From the NCBI GenBank assembly GCA_964016885.1, contig OZ024743.1, positions 194,122,001-194,186,000 on the forward strand: a DNA stretch of 64,000 bases, in the 5' to 3' direction. Below, piece by piece: positions 26,684-40,694 of the stretch. Position 1 is the first letter of the stretch; each line of letters opens with the position of its first letter. This DNA comes from Eledone cirrhosa. Lineage: Eukaryota. The position numbers and the translations under genes were made by a program. Below the pieces are notes generated by a model. That model worked only from the letters and a program-made list of their open reading frames with translations, had not been told where the DNA came from and ran no database searches.

Positions 26684-26748
26684 TAAAGAATGCGACCATT
26701 TCTGTTGGAAGCTCCGGGAGCTTCCAACAGAAATGGTCGCATTCTTTA
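26684..26748. repeat. Perfect 32-bp hairpin with a 1-nt spacer
   Basis: TAAAGAATGCGACCATTTCTGTTGGAAGCTCC-G-GGAGCTTCCAACAGAAATGGTCGCATTCTTTA. Confidence 0.95.
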
Positions 26749-26798
26749 TCAGTTATAAAAATATTTGCTTGTTGTATCCCAACAATTTAAATAGAACT

Positions 26799-26930
<132 letters not shown>

Positions 26931-26966
26931 ATTATAAGTGGTTACACAACAGTTAGTTCACCATAC

Positions 26967-27004
26967 CAAGAACAATTGTTTCACCTTAGCGGATCCTCAG
27001 CTCA
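26967..27004 (-). ncRNA. Minimal hammerhead ribozyme (inverted arm)
   Basis: tgag-CTGAGGA-tccgctaaggt-GAAAC-aatt-GTT-cttg. Confidence 0.7.
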
Positions 27005-27596
27005 TAATGGTCATGGTAATACGGAACAGGAAGGACAACCGTACGAATGCGCATGCGCAGAAATGATCACTTCACACAGGCAATACTAAATTGCGTGCGA
27101 GAGGTGTAAGGGAGATAACTACGAAAGTCAAGAAGTCAAACTGTGTGAACTTCGCTTTATTGGGATTTGAAGGAGTTAAACCACTTAGTTACGGAGTCGC
27201 TGTTCGCCCACTGGGACAGGTTGGACTTGGTCCTAATGGTCTTAACTATGTTTCTATGTATGGCCTTACTGACTAGTCCCATATCTGTGCGTGCCGGGTT
27301 TAGTAGTCTACATGTGGGGTTAGAAGTAAAGTCTACCTTGCGATCTTTCAGGGTGAGGAACGCCTCCCGCTTAGCTAGAGATTGTAGCTTCTTATCTACC
27401 TTAGGGGCGGCGGCAAGCTCCGGATTGAATTACAACAACATCCTAATTTTCTTATAAACTAGAAACTTTCGGACTTTCGTAGTTATCTCCCTTACACGTC
27501 TCGCACGCAATTTAGTATTGCCTCTGTGAAGTGGTCGTTTCTGCGCATGCGCGTTCGTACGGTTGTCCTTCCTGTTCCGTATAACCATGTCCATTA

Positions 27597-27634
27597 CGAG
27601 CTGAGGATCCGCTAAGGTGAAACAATTGTTCTCG
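27597..27634 (+). ncRNA. Minimal hammerhead ribozyme
   Basis: cgag-CTGAGGA-tccgctaaggt-GAAAC-aatt-GTT-ctcg. Stem III is the palindrome ACAATTGT. Confidence 0.8.
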
Positions 27635-27730
27635 GTATGGTGAACTAACTGTTGTGTAACCACTCCTACCTAACTCGTCCCATGGACTGAGTGCTCTACC
27701 ACTACGGATATTACCTTCCAGTGGTTCTAC

Positions 27731-27823
<93 letters not shown>

Positions 27824-27927
27824 GAGAAAGAAAGAGAGTGGTAGATGAACCGTTAAGGTGAAACAATTTGTCCTTGGAAATGGTGTACTAACTGTTGAGA
27901 ATCTACACACACACACACACACATACA

Positions 27928-28053
<126 letters not shown>

Positions 28054-30690
28054 CGTGTGTGTGTGTGTGTGTGTGTACTCTATATATAAACCAGCTCGGT
28101 GAAATCAATAGAAAGCTCTTTACATCCTAGTAACTGCTATTGTCATGTAATAGTTCTTCAGGCTGAGTTATAGCTTAAGGGCGTTTTGTTATATATAGGA
28201 AATAGGATAAATTCTGAATAATATATGTGATAATTATAATAGAGGGAGTAGGTTTGGTGGTGTCATGACTGACTGGGAATGAAAATATATAGGATAGTTT
28301 TGTGTTGAGGGTTCTTAATTAGATGGAGGTATCGCGTGAGTGGTTGGGTGGATGAGTAATTATCAGGATTGAAATATGTTTGTTTTGTAGATGTTCGGAT
28401 ATGAAAAGGTCTGTGGCCAAATAAACAGACGGAAAGCTAGGCATTGAAGCCTAGATGACTATTGAGGTGTGGACAAAGAAGACACTATGCGACCCATTAC
28501 AATTTGACAACAGACATCAATAAAAATCATAAAGCTAAATGCCGTGGGAATGAATATTCTCTTCCATTAATATAATTTCATTAAGGGTATATGGAGTGTT
28601 TGTTTTTATTTTTTATTTTCAATTATATATTGTGTTTCTGTTTGTTTGGTTGGGTGTGTGTGCGTGTGTTTGTTTGCTTGTTTGTGTGTGTCCCAGCATA
28701 AATATCAGCAACCTATACGATCGTTACCTCAATTATATATATCCAGAGCAGGCTTTCTGGCGTGTAGATCTCCAGGAGTATTATGTGGATAATGGTGTAT
28801 GTATGTGTGTGGTATTCTTTTGATGCAAGTAGTTTTCTATGTATTAGTGGGAGTAAGTATATGGAACTGAGATGCTTTAGGAAGGTGCGTGTATATGAGT
28901 GGATGAATATGTCTACTCCTATTCATCATTTGTTCTATGATAGCTGCCATTGACTATCTGATATTGTCTTCTTTTGAAAGATGTTTTAGTTAGGCAGCTA
29001 ATGTGTTTTCTATGTGTAACTCAGTGAATACACGATATTTCATTAATGAAGCCTGTGTAGCGCTAGGATAAGTTACTTTACTAAGAAAACCTGTAAGTAA
29101 ATATCAGTTACAAAAACGATCGTAACTAAAACGTATGTGGAGTTCTTAAACTATTTAGTTTTACTCTGTAAAGGATTCTGCAATTAATATAATCAAAATA
29201 AAAAGAAATATGCTTTTTCAGAATGTAGGATTTAGTTTGAAACATTATAGAATCCATTTCTCGAATGGATAACATTAAAACAATTAATGAAGAACTAGTT
29301 TTTGAAACATTTCAATTATTGAAATAACCTATAGGATATAAAAATGCTATTATTATACTTTTTCTTTCAGATTTGTCTCCGCTAAAATGTTTATATTTCT
29401 GCAAGAAAACAAATTTAGATTTAATTATTTGATAAATTATAGAAATAAAATAATTTCTAAAGCCTTAAATATTTATAATTCAGAATAATTTTGTCTGCAT
29501 TGAAAACTGGAAGACTTAAGTAAATACGATTCCAATGTAATAATCACAAATGGTGAAACGTAATCCGAAACTGATGCAGAAGAAATATCCCTAGCGACTT
29601 TCACTAACGTCCATTATTACTATAATACGAAATTCAAAACCAAATTTATCCGACGAAAGCTATAATACTATCTTCTCTAATGAATCTCTATACATGTCCT
29701 CACTGGAACTGACATAGAAACAAACAACTTTTTTTTATTACTTACATATAAACCTTGACATTTTTATGGATGCAAACACGGTAGCTATAATATTCATAAT
29801 ATCAATGAAAATAATAAAAAAAATATGGATATTATTCTCACTGCTTGTTTTTTCAGCTTATGTACATTAACATCTTAGATTATTAATATAAAAATACAAA
29901 AGGAGAAATATTAGACCATTCATATGGAAAGCAAATTAATATTTGTAAAGTATTTGTGTTCAATGTTTTCTGAGAGTCATAAGTGGATTGTGTTGCAATC
30001 TATATATATTTCGTTTGCTTAGCCCGCAGGTTTACTAGGGTGGGTAAATATACTTAATCTGAAGTTCTGAAGAACGCTATAAAAAAGACCAAAAGCTAAG
30101 CTTACAATTTCATCGCTTCTTTTAACACACAATCACACATGGGGTTCTTGCGCTTTCGTACCCTCTACCACCACGCATATATACACATATTCACAAATAC
30201 AGGCACCACCCACACGCACACACACACTCAAACACGTAAACGCACACATATAAACGCACACATATACACGCACACATACACACACGTACACACACACGCA
30301 CACGCAAACAAATATGTGCGTGTATGTAATGCGAATCAGCATTTACCTCAGTCAGTCATGGTTATCATGACTGAAGCGATAATATTGTTGATGTAATTAT
30401 TAATTATATTTTGAAATTTAATGTTTTCTTAGATGTCTAAATTTATGACAAATCCGATATCTCTTCTATGATAGTAAATCAGAAGCGAGAATCATTCTTT
30501 ATTACTTTCCCCATTATTATGCGTTATTACTAATTGTACACTTAGATTACAACACTTCCTAGTACTACTTGTTTTAACATTTTTGTTGTCACTACTGGTG
30601 ATAGTAGTTTGATAGTTGATTCAAAAATCAAATTTAAATTCCTTCCTCTAAATCACATACACACTCATATATGTGTGTATGTGTGTGTGT

Positions 30691-31016
<326 letters not shown>

Positions 31017-31229
31017 ATATTTGGGGAGGGTCATTTTTGCGTAATATTGCCAGAATTAATAACAGAACACACTCACTGTTTGGTTGGTTTTCGCTTCTCG
31101 CTGTCTTTTATATATATATATCTGCGATCTAACTTACTCGGTCCTCAATGTTGCCATTGACTGACCGGCGGTCAAAAATAATACAGATACAATATAGACA
31201 CAAACACATATATATAGTTTACATAATTT

Positions 31230-31271
31230 ACATAAATCTTTCGTTGCACATCTGCAACATCGTCAGTGGTG
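31230..31271 (-). ncRNA. Hammerhead motif in the downstream pLTR
   Basis: CTGACGA-t gttgca gatg tgcaac-GAAA-gattta. Stem II is perfect, but stems I and III are weak. Confidence 0.55.
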
Positions 31272-31534
31272 TTATATTCATTGTTCCTCCTGTTGTGTTG
31301 TATGTCTACGCCATTTTTTTTGTTCAGTCTGTCTATATATTTATTTATTTATTTGCTTGTTTGTTTATTTTATTTTATTTTGTCTTCTTTGCGCATGCGT
31401 TTGCGTGTGTGTATAGTGTTATGTGTGATGTGTGACTAGTGTGTATAGTGTTGTGTCTGCTGGGTGACTAGTGTGTGTTTATGTGCTTGTGTATGTATTT
31501 ATTTATCTTATTTTATTTAATTTTATTTACTTAT

Positions 31535-34500
31535 TTATACTTCTCTTAGGTCAGTGTTGTTTGTTTGGGTGTTGTTGTTGTTCCACTCATTCTTTCTGTT
31601 TAGCTTTGGTCTTCTAATTTCTATTTCACTGGCCTCTCTGATTTGCCTATCTGCTGGGTCATTCCTATGTTTAGATATTATTCTAATTTCTATGTTGTCT
31701 ATGTTACCGTCATGTTGTTGTCTAGCATGTTCGTATAGTACTGACCCGTTTTTTCGTCCTTTTAGTTCCCCCCAGTGTTGGTCTATCCTTTCACCTATGC
31801 TACGAGCTGTCTCACCTATGTATGTTGTTGTCATGTTTCTGCAAGTACCCTCTGTACATCTTATGCTATAGACTACGTTTCTAGTTTTACAGTTTATCCG
31901 GGGGTTCACCTTACATATGATACATTTCCTATTGGTACAGTGGGTTTTCTTAAAAGGGTAGGTTTTGCTGATCAGGGATTTTATGGTGGTTCCTGGCTTT
32001 TCTACCACCTTTATTTTTAAGTGGGTCTTTCTCAGGGCCTTTCTACACTAGTTAGCTAATTTCCCTCCAGGGGTGGCGTCCACAAACATGACACTCTGAT
32101 ATCTCTGGTTGTCGTACCATGATGTGGCCTTCCCTATCTTATGTCTAGCCCTATCTAAGCTATTCCATGATTTGCTCCTGTATAGTGGGCAAATTCCTTT
32201 CATGTCCAGTTCTATGAGGGTCTTATACTTTTCCATGGCTCCTTCGTATACTCTGACTCTGTCTCTTTGACAGAGAACTGCATGCGGTTGATGAAGTGTT
32301 GGATGTGTCCTTCCATTTCTGTTGGGTCGCACATGCTGGACACATTCTTCATCACTCGTACCAAATCTGCGATCAGAATATTAAACTTAGCACTACTGGA
32401 CATTGCTGAGTTTTTGAGTATCAGGTATTTGGAGGCCATGGGTTTAGCATAGTGTGAGTGGAGAATTTGAGCTCTCTCGTCTATAGTGTTAATCCAGAGT
32501 TCTGTGTCTAATACAGGTAGTCTATTGTTAGGGTGTTTGGAAGGGAAGTCTATAGTTACAGTTATACTCTGGTGTATGGAATTAGCTATCTGCTGGATGC
32601 TTTCCATCGTGCTACGTTCTAAATCAAACTTGTTAGTGCTCTCTAGTGGGGGTGTTCTTATAACTATATTGATATCGTCTACATAACGAGAGTACATGAT
32701 GAGGTCTATGGAGCTTTCATTAAGGAGATCTTTAAGTCTCCTTTCCCACCATACCATGAAAAGGTTGGCAACATCACCAGCTATGCTGACGCCGATGGCT
32801 GCTCCCTCATTTTGGGTGTAGATTTTCTCATTGAACTTAAATATGTGGCCCTTTAGGGTAGTTTTGATACTAGCCCCTATTGCATGTGCGACCATTTTTC
32901 TTACCTGATCAGTGTTTTGGGGGGTCCGTATAGCTTTGGTCCACCCAATCCACCTTCCTATGGGAGTCTTTTTAGCCATTGAGGTTATGGTGGGGGGTCT
33001 ACCTCTTATAGGTCTACTAGGGCAGAAACATCTAAGGTCATGGCTGTCTAGGTAGTCAGTGTCGTAGGTAAGTCTAAGTAGGAGGCCCAGTTCGTCTGTG
33101 TCGACGTCGCAGAACTCCACCTCACTCTCAATGATCATCTCCACACATCTTTTCACAGCAAAATCAATGTTAATGGATGGGTACAGTGACACCACATCCA
33201 TGCTGCCTATTATGCAGTTGGATAGGCTCCTGTTTTTGTTGCACTCACTGATTCTGCTGAGGAGGTCCTCTGTACTTTCACATACATCTGGGGACATCTT
33301 GATTATGGGGCGTATAACCATTGAGAGGAAGTAGGAGATCCTGTAGTTGCTAGCTATATTAGCTCCGCATACGGGTCTTGCTGGTGGTCCTGTTGTCGGG
33401 TCGTCGACTGTCTTGTGGTCTTTGCGGAGCCCATACAAGGGTGGTATGCCATTGTTAGACGCCTGGAAGTTGTTGGCAGTGCGTCTGCTTGGCTTTAGGA
33501 TGTCAGTCCACATCATCATGTGAGCGTTGAGGATTTTTTCTCTCCCATCGTGTGTTAGTTGTGCAACTTCGCTCGTGTTGGTGATGTGGAGTTGCATTGC
33601 CTCGATGTAGTTCGGCATGCTATCTATTGACATCCTACCAGACTTATCTGTGGGTAGACACACTACCTCACCATCCCTTGTGCGCTGCTTGAGGCTAACC
33701 AAGCCTTCTACAGGTTTTATCCCAAGTTGTTGGGCCTCTGGTCTGCTCTGTCTCATAGTGTACCTGTCTACTACTTGTCTAATCTTATTTCTAGCTATGG
33801 TGAACTGTGCCTCCGTCTCGTCATCTATTTGCTGTGGTATGCAAACTCTTTTATTAAAGGGTAACCTCGTAGGATAGATATTACCCATCTTATATGTTTT
33901 GTCAGCTGGGTTGAAAAATAGTTTCTCTAAGGGGTTGTCGTTATTTCTATCGTCATAGTTGTGTGTGTTGCTATTATTGTTATCATGGTGGTTGTTGTTG
34001 TTTCTATCATTAGCATTAATATTATTATTGTTATGATTGCTAGATGTATTGTTGTTTACTTCACCGTTATTGTTGTTGTTGTTACTGCTATTTCTACCAT
34101 TGTGGTTGTTACTATTATTATGTTTCTTGTTTTTGTTGATGTTGCTACATGTACTATTTCCATTATTACCACTGTGGTTATTGTTGTTGTTGTTGTTCGT
34201 ATTGTTACCGTTATTACTACTGTGGTCACTGTTGCTGTGTCTGTGGTTAACGTTTCTATTATTATTATTATTGTGGTTGTTGTTGTTCTGTCTATCGCTA
34301 GTATTATTGCCATTATCACTATTTCTCACTTTCCTGCCATTGTTATGGTTATGGCTGTTATTTCTATACCCAGAGTTATTGTTTATATTACTACTACCGT
34401 TATTATTGTTGTTGTTGTTTACCTTTGCATTCCAACGTATTTTTGTGAAACACTTTTCCAGCTCCGTTTTGCATTCCATAGGGTTAATCTTTTTGTAGAT

Positions 34501-35160
34501 GGCAAATTTTGGTGGTAACTTTAGGATTTGTTGTTCTTGTTCACTGATTAAAGTGTTCCCATAGATATTTATTGTGTGGTCATTGGTAAATTCTTCCGGT
34601 AGTTTTACATCAGTCATACGGATATTGTCGATGTTATCTGGGTATTTTTGAGAATATTCGATTTTCCTTTCTTGTAGTTTTTTCTTATTCATCCATTCTA
34701 ATTTCTTCTTGAAATGCCTACAGCATTCGTTTTGAGCATATTTCGTTTCGCGTCGGATGACGCTCATGAAGTCATCTCTCTCGTTTGCTGTGATGAGATT
34801 TCGGATTTCCTTACCGTTGATGCGTTTTTGTCTGTAGAGTGCGTTGACTTTTGTGTATGTTGTTCTTTTCATATTAACTGTTATTGTGTGTTTTAGCCGT
34901 TCAGCTTGTGTTTTGTTCAATAATAAATTATTTACTTGTTTTGATATGTTTGTTGTGTATGTTTTGGAGGAAACACAGTGTTTTAAGAAGCGGATTTGTT
35001 CTGTTGTTATTGTAGTTTTTATATAACAGAAAACAGTGTCTTTCAATAACCTTTCAGCTTGGCACAAGCTAATGCCATAGCGGCGATGAATTAGTTTTGC
35101 GAGGTTTTTTATATGAAATCGTGTGTCGAAACAGATATTGTTATATTTGGGGAGGGTCAT
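31535..35160 (-). pseudogene. Full-length PLE RT-GIY-YIG ORF with a frameshift and a premature stop
   Basis: RT motifs GSMDVVSLYPSI, TQNEGAAIG and RYVDD; endonuclease NVVYSIRC...YIGETAR...H...H. Relative to the second copy it has a net 7-bp deletion near 32270 and a CAG>TAG change at 32048-32050. Confidence 0.92.
33934..34419 (-). repeat. In-frame (AAY)n-rich tract encoding about 162 aa of Asn-rich sequence
   Basis: NNNNNNNGSSNINNNSG…NNDN lies between ...WNAKV and PLEKLFF in the PLE ORF, with no stop codon. Confidence 0.95.
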
Positions 35161-35355
35161 ATTTGCGTAATATTGCCAGAATTAATAACAGAACACACTC
35201 ACTGTTTGGTTGGTTTTCGCTTCTCGCTGTCTTTTATATATATATATCTGCGATCTAACTTACTCGGTCCTCAATGTTGCCATTGACTGACCGGCGGTCA
35301 AAAATAATACAGATACAATATAGACACAAACACATATATATAGTTTACATAATTT

Positions 35356-35397
35356 ACATAAATCTTTCGTTGCACATCTGCAACATCGTCAGTGGTG
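35356..35397 (-). ncRNA. Hammerhead motif in the internal pLTR
   Basis: Identical to 31230-31271, about 200 nt upstream of the ORF start at 35160. Confidence 0.55.
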
Positions 35398-35660
35398 TTA
35401 TATTCATTGTTCCTCCTGTTGTGTTGTATGTCTACGCCATTTTTTTTGTTCAGTCTGTCTATATATTTATTTATTTATTTGCTTGTTTGTTTATTTTATT
35501 TTATTTTGTCTTCTTTGCGCATGCGTTTGCGTGTGTGTATAGTGTTATGTGTGATGTGTGACTAGTGTGTATAGTGTTGTGTCTGCTGGGTGACTAGTGT
35601 GTGTTTATGTGCTTGTGTATGTATTTATTTATCTTATTTTATTTAATTTTATTTACTTAT

Positions 35661-37112
35661 TTATACTTCTCTTAGGTCAGTGTTGTTTGTTTGGGTGTTG
35701 TTGTTGTTCCACTCATTCTTTCTGTTTAGCTTTGGTCTTCTAATTTCTATTTCACTGGCCTCTCTGATTTGCCTATCTGCTGGGTCATTCCTATGTTTAG
35801 ATATTATTCTAATTTCTATGTTGTCTATGTTACCGTCATGTTGTTGTCTAGCATGTTCGTATAGTACTGACCCGTTTTTTCGTCCTTTTAGTTCCCCCCA
35901 GTGTTGGTCTATCCTTTCACCTATGCTACGAGCTGTCTCACCTATGTATGTTGTTGTCATGTTTCTGCAAGTACCCTCTGTACATCTTATGCTATAGACT
36001 ACGTTTCTAGTTTTACAGTTTATCCGGGGGTTCACCTTACATATGATACATTTCCTATTGGTACAGTGGGTTTTCTTAAAAGGGTAGGTTTTGCTGATCA
36101 GGGATTTTATGGTGGTTCCTGGCTTTTCTACCACCTTTATTTTTAAGTGGGTCTTTCTCAGGGCCTTTCTACACTGGTTAGCTAATTTCCCTCCAGGGGT
36201 GGCGTCCACAAACATGACACTCTGATATCTCTGGTTGTCGTACCATGATGTGGCCTTCCCTATCTTATGTCTAGCCCTATCTAAGCTATTCCATGATTTG
36301 CTCCTGTATAGTGGGCAAATTCCTTTCATGTCCAGTTCTATGAGGGTCTTATACTTTTCCATGGCTCCTTCGTATACTCTGACTCTGTCTCTTTGGTTGT
36401 AGCCAGAGAACTGCATGCGGTTGATGAAGTGTTGGATGTGTCCTTCCATTTCTGTTGGGTCGCACATGCTGGACACATTCTTCATCACTCGTACCAAATC
36501 TGCGATCAGAATATTAAACTTAGCACTACTGGACATTGCTGAGTTTTTGAGTATCAGGTATTTGGAGGCCATGGGTTTAGCATAGTGTGAGTGGAGAATT
36601 TGGGCTCTCTCGTCTATAGTGTTAATCCAGAGTTCTGTGTCTAATACAGGTAGTCTATTGTTAGGGTGTTTGGAAGGGAAGTCTATAGTTACAGTTATAC
36701 TCTGGTGTATGGAATTAGCTATCTGCTGGATGCTTTCCATCGTGCTACGTTCTAAATCAAACTTGTTAGTGCTCTCTAGTGGGGGTGTTCTTATAACTAT
36801 ATTGATATCGTCTACATAACGAGAGTACATGATGAGGTCTATGGAGCTTTCATTAAGGAGATCTTTAAGTCTCCTTTCCCACCATACCATGAAAAGGTTG
36901 GCAACATCACCAGCTATGCTGACGCCGATGGCTGCTCCCTCATTTTGGGTGTAGATTTTCTCATTGAACTTAAATATGTGGCCCTTTAGGGTAGTTTTGA
37001 TACTAGCCCCTATTGCATGTGCGACCATTTTTCTTACCTGATCAGTGTTTTGGGGGGTCCGTATAGCTTTGGTCCACCCAATCCACCTTCCTATGGGAGT
37101 CTTTTTAGCCAT
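35661..37112 (-). CDS. 5'-truncated but open PLE ORF (RT core C-half, thumb, Cys linker, GIY-YIG)
   Basis: 483 aa uninterrupted: RYVDD, LPVLD, C-x4-C-x2-C linker, VVYSIRC...YIGET, LNRKNEW. It lacks RT motif A, so it is not a complete enzyme. Confidence 0.85.
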   Translation of the reverse strand: MAKKTPIGRWIGWTKAIRTPQNTDQVRKMVAHAIGASIKTTLKGHIFKFNEKIYTQNEGAAIGVSIAGDVANLFMVWWERRLKDLLNESSIDLIMYSRYVDDINIVIRTPPLESTNKFDLERSTMESIQQIANSIHQSITVTIDFPSKHPNNRLPVLDTELWINTIDERAQILHSHYAKPMASKYLILKNSAMSSSAKFNILIADLVRVMKNVSSMCDPTEMEGHIQHFINRMQFSGYNQRDRVRVYEGAMEKYKTLIELDMKGICPLYRSKSWNSLDRARHKIGKATSWYDNQRYQSVMFVDATPGGKLANQCRKALRKTHLKIKVVEKPGTTIKSLISKTYPFKKTHCTNRKCIICKVNPRINCKTRNVVYSIRCTEGTCRNMTTTYIGETARSIGERIDQHWGELKGRKNGSVLYEHARQQHDGNIDNIEIRIISKHRNDPADRQIREASEIEIRRPKLNRKNEWNNNNTQTNNTDLREV

Positions 37113-37376
37113 ATATATATATATTTATTAAAATAACAGATTAAAGTTTAAGCAAAGAATCGCTGCTTTCACCCTTAACGGGATCTTTCTGATATATATT
37201 TATCCTTATCGAGCCCTCTTTGGATTTTAGTTTTCAAATTTATTATTATTACTATATATATATATATATAATATATAGATTTACATATACATAAACTAGA
37301 CAGAGCCATATATATATATATGTGTTTTCGGCAACCATTCACGGTGTGGCTCAATGATTCTATGGACGTACTTTCT

Positions 37377-37446
<70 letters not shown>

Positions 37447-37866
37447 AGAAAAGAAGAAAGAATCCTTCGTCAGCTGTAAAATCCGCAATCCAGATGTTTC
37501 GGCATCTGTAGCGATCGGGTGCGTCCAAGATATTTTATTAATCAAAAGGCCAGGAGGAAAAGGAGAGAAAAAATGAGAGAAAAAAGAAGAAAAAAGAGGG
37601 AAAAGAGGAAGAGGAACAAAGGGGGGAAAGGTGGTGAGGAGAGAGGAAGAAAGAGAAAAGGGAAGAAAAGGAGAAAAAATAGGTGAACAGATCCATCGTG
37701 GGAAGACACAAGACAAAGAAACAAGCAAATGTGTAACCGTGAAAAAATAGGATAAGTATTGCTTGTTTCTTTGTCCTGTGTGTTAAGAACTGCGAAACCG
37801 GTAAAGGAACCAAATAAATATTCTTAAAAAGACTCCAGTTGCATTTTCGATTACATCTTTTTTCCT

Positions 37867-37897
<31 letters not shown>

Positions 37898-37899
<2 letters not shown>

Positions 37900-38112
37900 A
37901 AAAGGTAAACAGAAATAACAACATAATCGGTACAGTATATGGAAGAAATATATTAGGTTAACGTTTGAAATTGCAGCAAGAGGGTCTTAACGTTTCAGAC
38001 GCTAGTCCTTCACCAGAAGAAAAAATGAGAAATTATAAAGATTGAAGACGGGCGGGGTGAAATTGAAAAAATGTTTTTAGGGAAAAATAACAGGTCCATT
38101 TATGTTGACGTC
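37898..38112 (-). mobile_element. Small repeat with a hammerhead-like motif (sibling of 30691-30912)
   Basis: The minus strand reads ctt-CTGGTGA-aggactagcgtct-GAAAC-GTT-aag. Confidence 0.65.
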
Positions 38113-38351
38113 TTTTGGAAAACTGTTGATGCTGGCGTTTTGTGTATGATATACTATTTTAGAAAAACGGATGATGAGCGCGTCTACTTGAAATGGAAAT
38201 AAAACCGTTTTGTATAAAGATCTATACTTGTGCGCGTATTTATGCGCGCGCGCGTGTGTGTGTGTATGTGTGTGTGTATGTGTATGTGTTTGTGTGTGTG
38301 TGTGAGTGTGAGTGTGTGTGTGTGCGTGTGTGTTATTATACTCCATACGAA

Positions 38352-38382
<31 letters not shown>

Positions 38383-38494
38383 TGCATACGTACGTCCATG
38401 CATAAACACGCGCATACAACTATACATACATAAATACATACATACACACACATGCATAGATATCCATGTACATGCATACATACGTTCATACATA

Positions 38495-38543
<49 letters not shown>

Positions 38544-38984
38544 GTATACATATGTTATAAATACTTACACTTGAATTCCCAGTCACATATTCACACACAC
38601 ACACACACACACACATTCACACACACACACACACTTATATATATATATATATATATATACATATTCTCCATTTTACTGAAGATAGAAAGTTTTGCCGTAT
38701 GAGATTTAGAAGACAATTTATGGACACAGATATGGACGGAACATGTAAAACTATTTTTGTAAGTTTGAACATATATATTTATTGGACTAAGAATAGTTGA
38801 AAGGTGAAAGATACAATTATTATGGCTGGTACGGAATGAGAAGTTAAAAAGTACTATCAGGAACAAGAGAGAGAGAGAGAGAGAGTAATAGATAGAAGGG
38901 GATTGAAGAAGGGGGAACAACTAAATCGTACGACAGAGACAACGGGAGAAGTATATACACACACATATATATATATATGTATAT

Positions 38985-39090
<106 letters not shown>

Positions 39091-40205
39091 GAGAAAGAAT
39101 GGGAAAGAGAGGTCGGAGAAGATACAGACGTAAAGGAGAGAGAAAAATGTCTAAAAATAAGGATGTAAAAGATATCGGAAATAAGAGGTTTTGGAGAAGA
39201 TTACAGACCTAATATAAAGTCTACTGTGGCAGATAGTGATAGCTTGCTAATTTTGATAATCCAATTTCATATAATAATGGCTGTAAAGCAAGTGAAAAGG
39301 AATTTACTAGCTTAGTGAACCTTGCCAAAATAGCGCAACTAGAAACGGAACACTAACTGGATTTCTAGCATGCAATTTAGATTCTTGATATCCTATCACA
39401 TAACCACTGTTGCGGCTCCAGGCAATTTAATAAACACATTTCACACGTCCTTTTTATTTTGATCCTTTTGCAGAAATTATAAAGTTCTTTTTTCCTTCTT
39501 TTAAAAATATCTCTTGTTTACATCAGCTTTAAAATCGAATTATCTTATGTTATATCTGAGAATAGAAAGCTATTGAACGTCTTAGGTGTAATTTATATAA
39601 TCAGCAACATGAAGTTAGAACTCTATCAGATACACTAATACTTTATCACAAGACAAAAATCCCATTCAAATAAATATATATTTGATAGTTTTAGCGAGAG
39701 AGTCAAACAAGTCAACGAGGGACACTTATACCTGGTCATTTTTATTGGTAAGAAAGAGAAGAAAAATCTCTTTAAAATTACACGCCGCTGTCTTAAAAAA
39801 GACCTATTGGATTACATAATTTTAGATAAACTGTCCGCAAAAGACTCGATGCTGAAGGCAGGAACACCTAGTATCATAGGTCTACTCAATCAGAGCTGAC
39901 CTGGAGCTAGACATCAAATATAACGCCGAGATTAAATTTGTCTTTCATCCTTATGGGGTCGATAAAATAAAGTACCAGTAATGCACTGGTGATTGCTGGC
40001 CTTGTGCCAAAAGTAGAAACAATAAAAATATTTAATGCTTCCTAGTTTTCTTACTTTCTGCATTTCACAATTAATTTTCACAAATATTATCTCATTATTA
40101 ACACCGCTTTGAAATTTTCAAACCCACGACTAAAAATGTTTTAATATATTAATATATATATATATAAATGAAAATAGAGAAATTAATGTATATATAAAAT
40201 TAATG

Positions 40206-40269
<64 letters not shown>

Positions 40270-40311
40270 TGTGTGTCTGCGTATAGAACAATGACAATAA
40301 AACAAAAGTAG

Positions 40312-40590
40312 GAGATAGGCCGTTAATTACTTAATCGATTTACGGTAGTTTCAGAGGGTTGATTGATCATGGTAAATCGATATATCGATTAGTAGGTAGT
40401 GGTTATGTCACTACCTGTTTCTAGTGCCGAAACATCCCTGAGGAAGACGGTGAGATTGATTAGATATTTCGAGACTAGACGCTGTTAGCGTCGTAACCAC
40501 TACCTACTAGTCGATATATCGATCTACCATGATCAATCAACCCTCTGAAACAATCGTAAAACAATGAACTAATTAACTACCTATCTCTGA
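40312..40590. repeat. Diverged inverted repeat of about 100 bp between microsatellites
   Basis: GTTTCAGAGGGTTGATTGATCATGGTA...GTAGGTAGTGGTTA is mirrored by TAACCACTACCTAC...TACCATGATCAATCAACCCTCTGAAAC. Confidence 0.85.
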
Positions 40591-40630
40591 CTATGGTTTT
40601 ATTTCCATTGTTCAATACACACACACACAC

Positions 40631-40694
<64 letters not shown>

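Larger units (their letters stand above)
26936..27735 (+). mobile_element. 5'-truncated PLE remnant with an inverted pLTR
   Basis: About 26936-27130 is the reverse complement of about 27472-27664. The centre encodes a GIY-YIG C-terminus-like stretch (RLARDCSFLSTLGAAASSGLN). It is bounded by TA runs. Confidence 0.75.

Noticed and set aside
33961-34518. Hydrophobic Val/Ile/Leu-rich ORFs resembling membrane proteins
   Set aside because: They are antisense readings of the (AAY)n Asn tract in the PLE ORF.
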